Shown: positions 59,911-64,000 of the stretch, in pieces
Layout: every line of letters starts with the position of its first letter
How positions within the stretch are numbered: the stretch's first letter is position 1
Origin: a virus
Taxonomy: Duplodnaviria > Caudoviricetes
Length of the DNA: 64,000 bases
Reading direction: 5' to 3' (one strand)
IMG/VR virus record: IMGVR_UViG_3300009431_000002
Location: 1-64,000 of that record
Notes under the pieces: generated by a model
Databases searched by the model: none
What the model saw: only the letters and a program-made list of their open reading frames with translations
Told to the model about the DNA's origin: nothing
Made by a program: the position numbers and the translations under genes

Positions 59911-61708
59911 GGAGATCACGCACTTCCACTTCTACTCCGGCATCGGCGGGTGCGCCATCGGCATGCAGGGCGGGCACGCCCGGGTCGGCCGCATGTACGC
60001 GTACCCCCACCTCCTGGGCGGCGTCGAGTCCGACCTGAAGCGCTGCTACGAGTTCGAGAAGCTGTCCGGCGTCCCCGCGGCCTGCTACGACCTCTTCACC
60101 GCCGATCAGTACGAGCTGTTCCACGGCCACGCGCCGCCGCGCAGCTGGCGGGAGGTCTCGGTCGACGACATCCGCAAGGCCGCCCGCGGCCGCCACCCCG
60201 ACGTAGTGTTCACCTCGCCGCCCTGCAAAGGCTTCAGCGGGCTGCTGAACTCCAAGGCCGCGGCCTCGCCGAAGTACCAGGCCCTCAACGAGCTGGTCTG
60301 CCGCGCCATCTTCCTGGCCATGGAGGCCTGGGGCGACGACCCACCCGCCTTCTTCCTGCTGGAGAACGTGCCGCGCATCGAGACCCGGGGCGGTCCCCTG
60401 CTTGAACAGGTGGAGCAGCTGCTGTGGCACTACGGCTACGCCGTCACCCGGAGCCGGCACGACTGCGGCGAGCTCGGCGGGATCCCCCAGCACCGCAACC
60501 GCTTCATGCTGGTCGCGCGGAACATGGAGAAGATCCCGCCCTTCCTGTACGAGCCGCCGAAGCGCAGGGTCAAGGCGGTCGGCGAGCTCCTCAGCACGCT
60601 GCCCATGCCCGAGGACCCGGCCGCTGGCCCCATGCACACGCTGTCCCGACTGGAGTGGCGCACGTGGGTCCGGCTGGCGCTCATCCAGGCCGGCAAGGAC
60701 TGGCGCTGCCTCGAAGGGTTGGACTGGGAGAACTACGGCATCGTGCCGGGCGAGGTGGCCTGGCACCGCGGCATCCTGGGTGTCCAGCGCTGGGACCAGC
60801 CGTCGGGGACCGTGACCAGTCGCGGCTCCGTGACCTGCGGTCGGTTCGCCGTCGCAGACCCCCGCTCCCACACGTCCCACCGCGGCCGTGGCAAGTACCG
60901 CATCACCCGGATGGACGAGCCTGCGGGCACGGTCATCGCGGCCAACGGCACCGGCAACGGCGCGTTCGCCCTCGCCGACCCTACGCCGCACCGGGACATC
61001 GGACGGTACCAGCCCTACGGTGTGCTCCGCGAAGACCAGCCCGGCCACACCGTCACTGGGCAGGCCGACGTCGGCGCAGGCCCCTACTCCATCGCGGACC
61101 CGCGGCTCCGCGGCGACAACTTCAACAACATCTACGCCGTGGTCCACTTCGGGGACCCCGCACACGCCGTCACAGCCGGAATGTCGCCGAGCTCCGGCGG
61201 CCAGGCCGTCGGCGACCCGCGCGTCGGCCGGTCCATCGCCCGCCGCAAGGACTTCCGCAACTCCCGGCTCTACGGCGTCTGTCGGTACACAGATCCGTCG
61301 CTGGCCGTCATCGCCCACATGAAGCACGACAACACCCAGGGATCCGTCGCCGACCCCCGCATCCCTGCTGAGCGCGACCGGCCGGACCCCGTGCCGATCA
61401 TCATCAGCCTGGACGGGACGTGGCACCGTCCCTTCACGACCTGGGAGCTCGCGGCCCTGCAGGGCTTCCCGGTGCTCGACGCGGACAACGAGCCCCTCGT
61501 CTTCGAGGGACGCTCGCACTCCATGTGGCGCGAGTGGATCGGCAACGCCGTCCCACCGCCCGCCGCGGAGGCCATCATGTCCGTCATCGCCGAGACCATC
61601 CTCATGTCGAGGCTCGGCGTGCAGGGCCACTTCAACCTGTTCGACCCGGTCTGGGTCCGCGAGATCAAGACCGCACTGAGCGTGGAGACCGCCCATGGAC
61701 CCCAATGA
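59894..61708 (+). CDS. C5 cytosine DNA methyltransferase with repeated ADPR modules
   Basis: FYSGIGG, SPPCKGFS, LENV, PQHRNR, LQGFP, IGNAVPP. Confidence 0.92.
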   Translation: MPATREEITHFHFYSGIGGCAIGMQGGHARVGRMYAYPHLLGGVESDLKRCYEFEKLSGVPAACYDLFTADQYELFHGHAPPRSWREVSVDDIRKAARGRHPDVVFTSPPCKGFSGLLNSKAAASPKYQALNELVCRAIFLAMEAWGDDPPAFFLLENVPRIETRGGPLLEQVEQLLWHYGYAVTRSRHDCGELGGIPQHRNRFMLVARNMEKIPPFLYEPPKRRVKAVGELLSTLPMPEDPAAGPMHTLSRLEWRTWVRLALIQAGKDWRCLEGLDWENYGIVPGEVAWHRGILGVQRWDQPSGTVTSRGSVTCGRFAVADPRSHTSHRGRGKYRITRMDEPAGTVIAANGTGNGAFALADPTPHRDIGRYQPYGVLREDQPGHTVTGQADVGAGPYSIADPRLRGDNFNNIYAVVHFGDPAHAVTAGMSPSSGGQAVGDPRVGRSIARRKDFRNSRLYGVCRYTDPSLAVIAHMKHDNTQGSVADPRIPAERDRPDPVPIIISLDGTWHRPFTTWELAALQGFPVLDADNEPLVFEGRSHSMWREWIGNAVPPPAAEAIMSVIAETILMSRLGVQGHFNLFDPVWVREIKTALSVETAHGPQ

Positions 61709-61916
61709 GACGATGCGTCTGCTCCGGCAGGCCGTCAAGAACCTCGACTTCGACAAGGCCGTCGAGTACGCCGAGTACCTCGTCGAGTGGCTGGAGAAGG
61801 GAGGCTTCGCCCCCGAGCCACCGACGCTGACCATCCCGGCCTCCTGGACCCGCACCTGGCTCCGGACGGCCGCGGACGTCATCAACCATCAGATCGAGAA
61901 GGGCACAGCCGAATGA
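61695..61916 (+). CDS. Small hypothetical protein
   Basis: MDPNETMR; GGAG RBS. Confidence 0.65.
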   Translation: MDPNETMRLLRQAVKNLDFDKAVEYAEYLVEWLEKGGFAPEPPTLTIPASWTRTWLRTAADVINHQIEKGTAE

Positions 61917-62203
61917 TCGGATCGTTCAAGCAGCTCTGGAACCTCATCCCCATGGCCTACGGCATGTGGGAGATCGTCGAGATCCCCGACCCGCCGAGCA
62001 CGCAGCACGAGCTGTTCACCGCCGGGCAGAAGCCCGCGCCGGTGGGCAGCTGGTTCATCATCAAGGACGCCGGCGGCCGCGAGGTGGCCCGCACACGCAT
62101 CAAGCTCATGGCCAAGGTCATCAGCTCGCTGCCGTTGGTCTACGAGCCCGACCTGCGCAGCGACAGGGACATCTACATCGTCGGCATCCGCAAGGCGTCG
62201 TAG
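61913..62203 (+). CDS. Hypothetical protein
   Basis: ATGA coupling. Confidence 0.6.
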   Translation: MIGSFKQLWNLIPMAYGMWEIVEIPDPPSTQHELFTAGQKPAPVGSWFIIKDAGGREVARTRIKLMAKVISSLPLVYEPDLRSDRDIYIVGIRKAS

Positions 62204-62260
62204 CGCGGCAGACCCGTGGCTCTTCTGGGTACAAGGGTGGTACACCCAACTGGAGGAGTC

Positions 62261-62599
62261 ATGGTGAAGCTGAGACGAATGTTGTTGCCCCTGGAAGACC
62301 ACCACCTCGCGGCTCTCCGCGAGTCGCTCGCCCGTCGGGACGCCGAGACCACGGCGTCCCACATCGCCCGCATCCTCGCCGACCGCGGCCGCATGCCCGT
62401 CACCACGACCCGCGTGGAGGGCGCCGTGGTCGAGCTGTTCGAGGAGGAAGGTGACCGTGCCTTCGACGAGATGTGCTTCGTCCTGACCGGCGAGCACCTC
62501 GAGGACGGTGACCGGAGCTGGATGGACCCCGACGAGTACGCCGTCGAGGTCCTCACGGAGCACGCGCTGGATGCCGTGAGCGCGCTGCCCGCCTGCTGA
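62261..62599 (+). CDS. Hypothetical protein
   Basis: GGAGG RBS. Confidence 0.65.
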   Translation: MVKLRRMLLPLEDHHLAALRESLARRDAETTASHIARILADRGRMPVTTTRVEGAVVELFEEEGDRAFDEMCFVLTGEHLEDGDRSWMDPDEYAVEVLTEHALDAVSALPAC

Positions 62600-62734
62600 T
62601 TCGGCCCGCCGCCGTGGGGCGTCCATGACCACGCGCGGCGAGGCCGCGGGCCGCCCTTCACCGGGCGGCCCGTCATTAGCTGGCGAATCTCGGCACAAGG
62701 GGGTCAACTACATCGAAGGAGGGCTACCGATTCA

Positions 62735-63016
62735 ATGATCCACAAGCTGATCTGGTTCGTGTGCATCTACGCTGCCGTGGCGCCGTTCGGGCTCATCCTG
62801 GACGTCGCCATCCGGAAGCTGTGGCCACGGATCCGACGAGAGTACATCCGCGCCCGCGTCCGACATCGGAACGAGACCTACGGTCGTCGCCCATGGCCGT
62901 CGAGGCGACGGGTCAAGGGCATGAGCTACCCGAAGAAGGGGCCTGGATTCAAGAAGGGCCGCAGGAAGCCGAAACGGAAGGGCGCCAAGAAGCCCGGGAA
63001 GAGGAAGAACCGATGA
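62735..63016 (+). CDS. Small membrane protein with basic tail
   Basis: Hydrophobic N-terminus, Lys/Arg-rich C-terminus. Confidence 0.55.
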   Translation: MIHKLIWFVCIYAAVAPFGLILDVAIRKLWPRIRREYIRARVRHRNETYGRRPWPSRRRVKGMSYPKKGPGFKKGRRKPKRKGAKKPGKRKNR

Positions 63017-63210
63017 CCCCCAAGACCCGCAAGGCCCACGCCGAGCTGCCGCACGGCGCCCTGATCGTCACGCCCATCGAGGCTGGCGTGAACCCCTGCC
63101 TGTCCTGCGAGTACCTGTACATGCGGGACACGGAGACGGACGAGCACTGCTACATGTTCCAGGAGGAGCCGAGCTGCCAGTGTGCGCAGCTCCGGGAGGT
63201 GCTGCCATGA
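63013..63210 (+). CDS. Small Cys-containing protein
   Basis: ATGA coupling on both sides. Confidence 0.55.
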   Translation: MTPKTRKAHAELPHGALIVTPIEAGVNPCLSCEYLYMRDTETDEHCYMFQEEPSCQCAQLREVLP

Positions 63211-63809
63211 GCCACGAACGCCGACGCCCCTGGAGGCCGAAGGATCTCCTGCGGCTCGACACGTTCTACAACCGCATCTGCCACAACCACGTGAGCCTCC
63301 CGGAGCGAGGCGGCGACGGCCAGGTGATGGTGAAGGAGCACCACGAGTCCGAGGCCTACAGGGCCGCCATCAACGTGCTCAGTGACCTCCCCTGGGACAT
63401 GCGCATCGTGATGACCCTCAAGCACTTCTGCGACATCCACATGTCCAACACCGAGATCGGCCTCGCCGCCGGGACGGACGCGAAGGCCGTCACGCGCCTG
63501 CAGGTGGCCGCACTGCGTCGCCTTCGGAAGCGCGAGGCGTACCGCGAGTTCCTCCACCTCCTGTCGCCCCGACGGGGCTGGCCGCTCCAGAAGCAGGAGA
63601 CGCCGGCGGAGATCCTCGACCATCGCCAGTACCAGATGTACCTGGACACCAACGTGGGATGTCCGTTCTGCGGACGACACGAGGACGCCACGGTCGAAGG
63701 CGGCCCCGTGGACATCCAAGGCCCCATCGCCGTCCAGGAGTGCTGGTGCCTCGACTGCGGCAAGCACTGGAACGCGTCGTTCCGGCTGGAGGGCATCGGC
63801 GGTGACTGA
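63207..63809 (+). CDS. Sigma70 region-4-like HTH fused to Zn ribbon
   Basis: LSDLPWDMRIVMTL...MSNTEIGLAAG...VTRLQVAALRRLR; CPFC...CLDC. Confidence 0.65.
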   Translation: MSHERRRPWRPKDLLRLDTFYNRICHNHVSLPERGGDGQVMVKEHHESEAYRAAINVLSDLPWDMRIVMTLKHFCDIHMSNTEIGLAAGTDAKAVTRLQVAALRRLRKREAYREFLHLLSPRRGWPLQKQETPAEILDHRQYQMYLDTNVGCPFCGRHEDATVEGGPVDIQGPIAVQECWCLDCGKHWNASFRLEGIGGD

Positions 63810-64000
63810 CCTGCTGAACCTCGTCTACCACGAGCGCCTGGTCCGCCACGAGCCCGGCGTGGCGAACCTCCGGACCGACGCGGACCTCCGCGCCGCGATC
63901 CTCCTCACGCTGGTCGAGCAGATGCCGCAGCAGGAGCTGGACGAGGCCACGCACACGGCCTTCCTGGAGCGTCTGCAGGAGCTGGGCGCCGATGGCGACG
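63802..64000 (+). CDS. Hypothetical protein (truncated by window end)
   Basis: GTG start overlapping upstream stop; open to the end. Confidence 0.5.
   Translation, partial: MTDLLNLVYHERLVRHEPGVANLRTDADLRAAILLTLVEQMPQQELDEATHTAFLERLQELGADGD

Overview
High-GC (roughly 65-70% by eye) segment of a large tailed dsDNA bacteriophage genome. No rRNA, CRISPR array or integrase was seen, and the host is unidentified, although an Asp-rich lipoprotein hints at Myxococcota/Deltaproteobacteria. Layout: 1-10.3 kb is a minus-strand virion module (small KxA-motif proteins, baseplate-like proteins, a probable tape measure). 12.3-26.7 kb holds 28 tRNA genes plus 3 tRNA remnants in five operons and one duplicated unit, interspersed with homing-type nucleases and accessory genes (ComM/YifB, RadC). 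27-39.7 kb is a plus-strand DNA/nucleotide metabolism block (DUF932, DinG, PAPS-reductase-like, Dam, HD, CoaD, NUDIX, TOPRIM, ATP-dependent ligase). 39.8-57.9 kb is a mostly minus-strand block with a glycosyltransferase/sulfotransferase/methyltransferase/radical-SAM cassette, GroES and a -1 frameshift tail-chaperone candidate. 58.2-64 kb is a plus-strand block with a C5 DNA methyltransferase. Main discovery: every tRNA operon is preceded by a sigma70-type promoter placed 6-7 nt from an ATG (a leaderless transcript) that opens an 11-20 aa peptide. The peptide's C-terminal codons specify the amino acids of the tRNAs in that operon (e.g. MHRWNKHR before Lys/Met/Asn/Arg/His/Trp tRNAs; SSSSYCFDSDS before Cys/Phe/Asp/Tyr/Ser tRNAs), and a GC-rich hairpin follows. 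This looks like a ribosome-based tRNA-depletion sensor controlling phage tRNA expression. All protein calls come from motif recognition by eye; no database search or folding was run.
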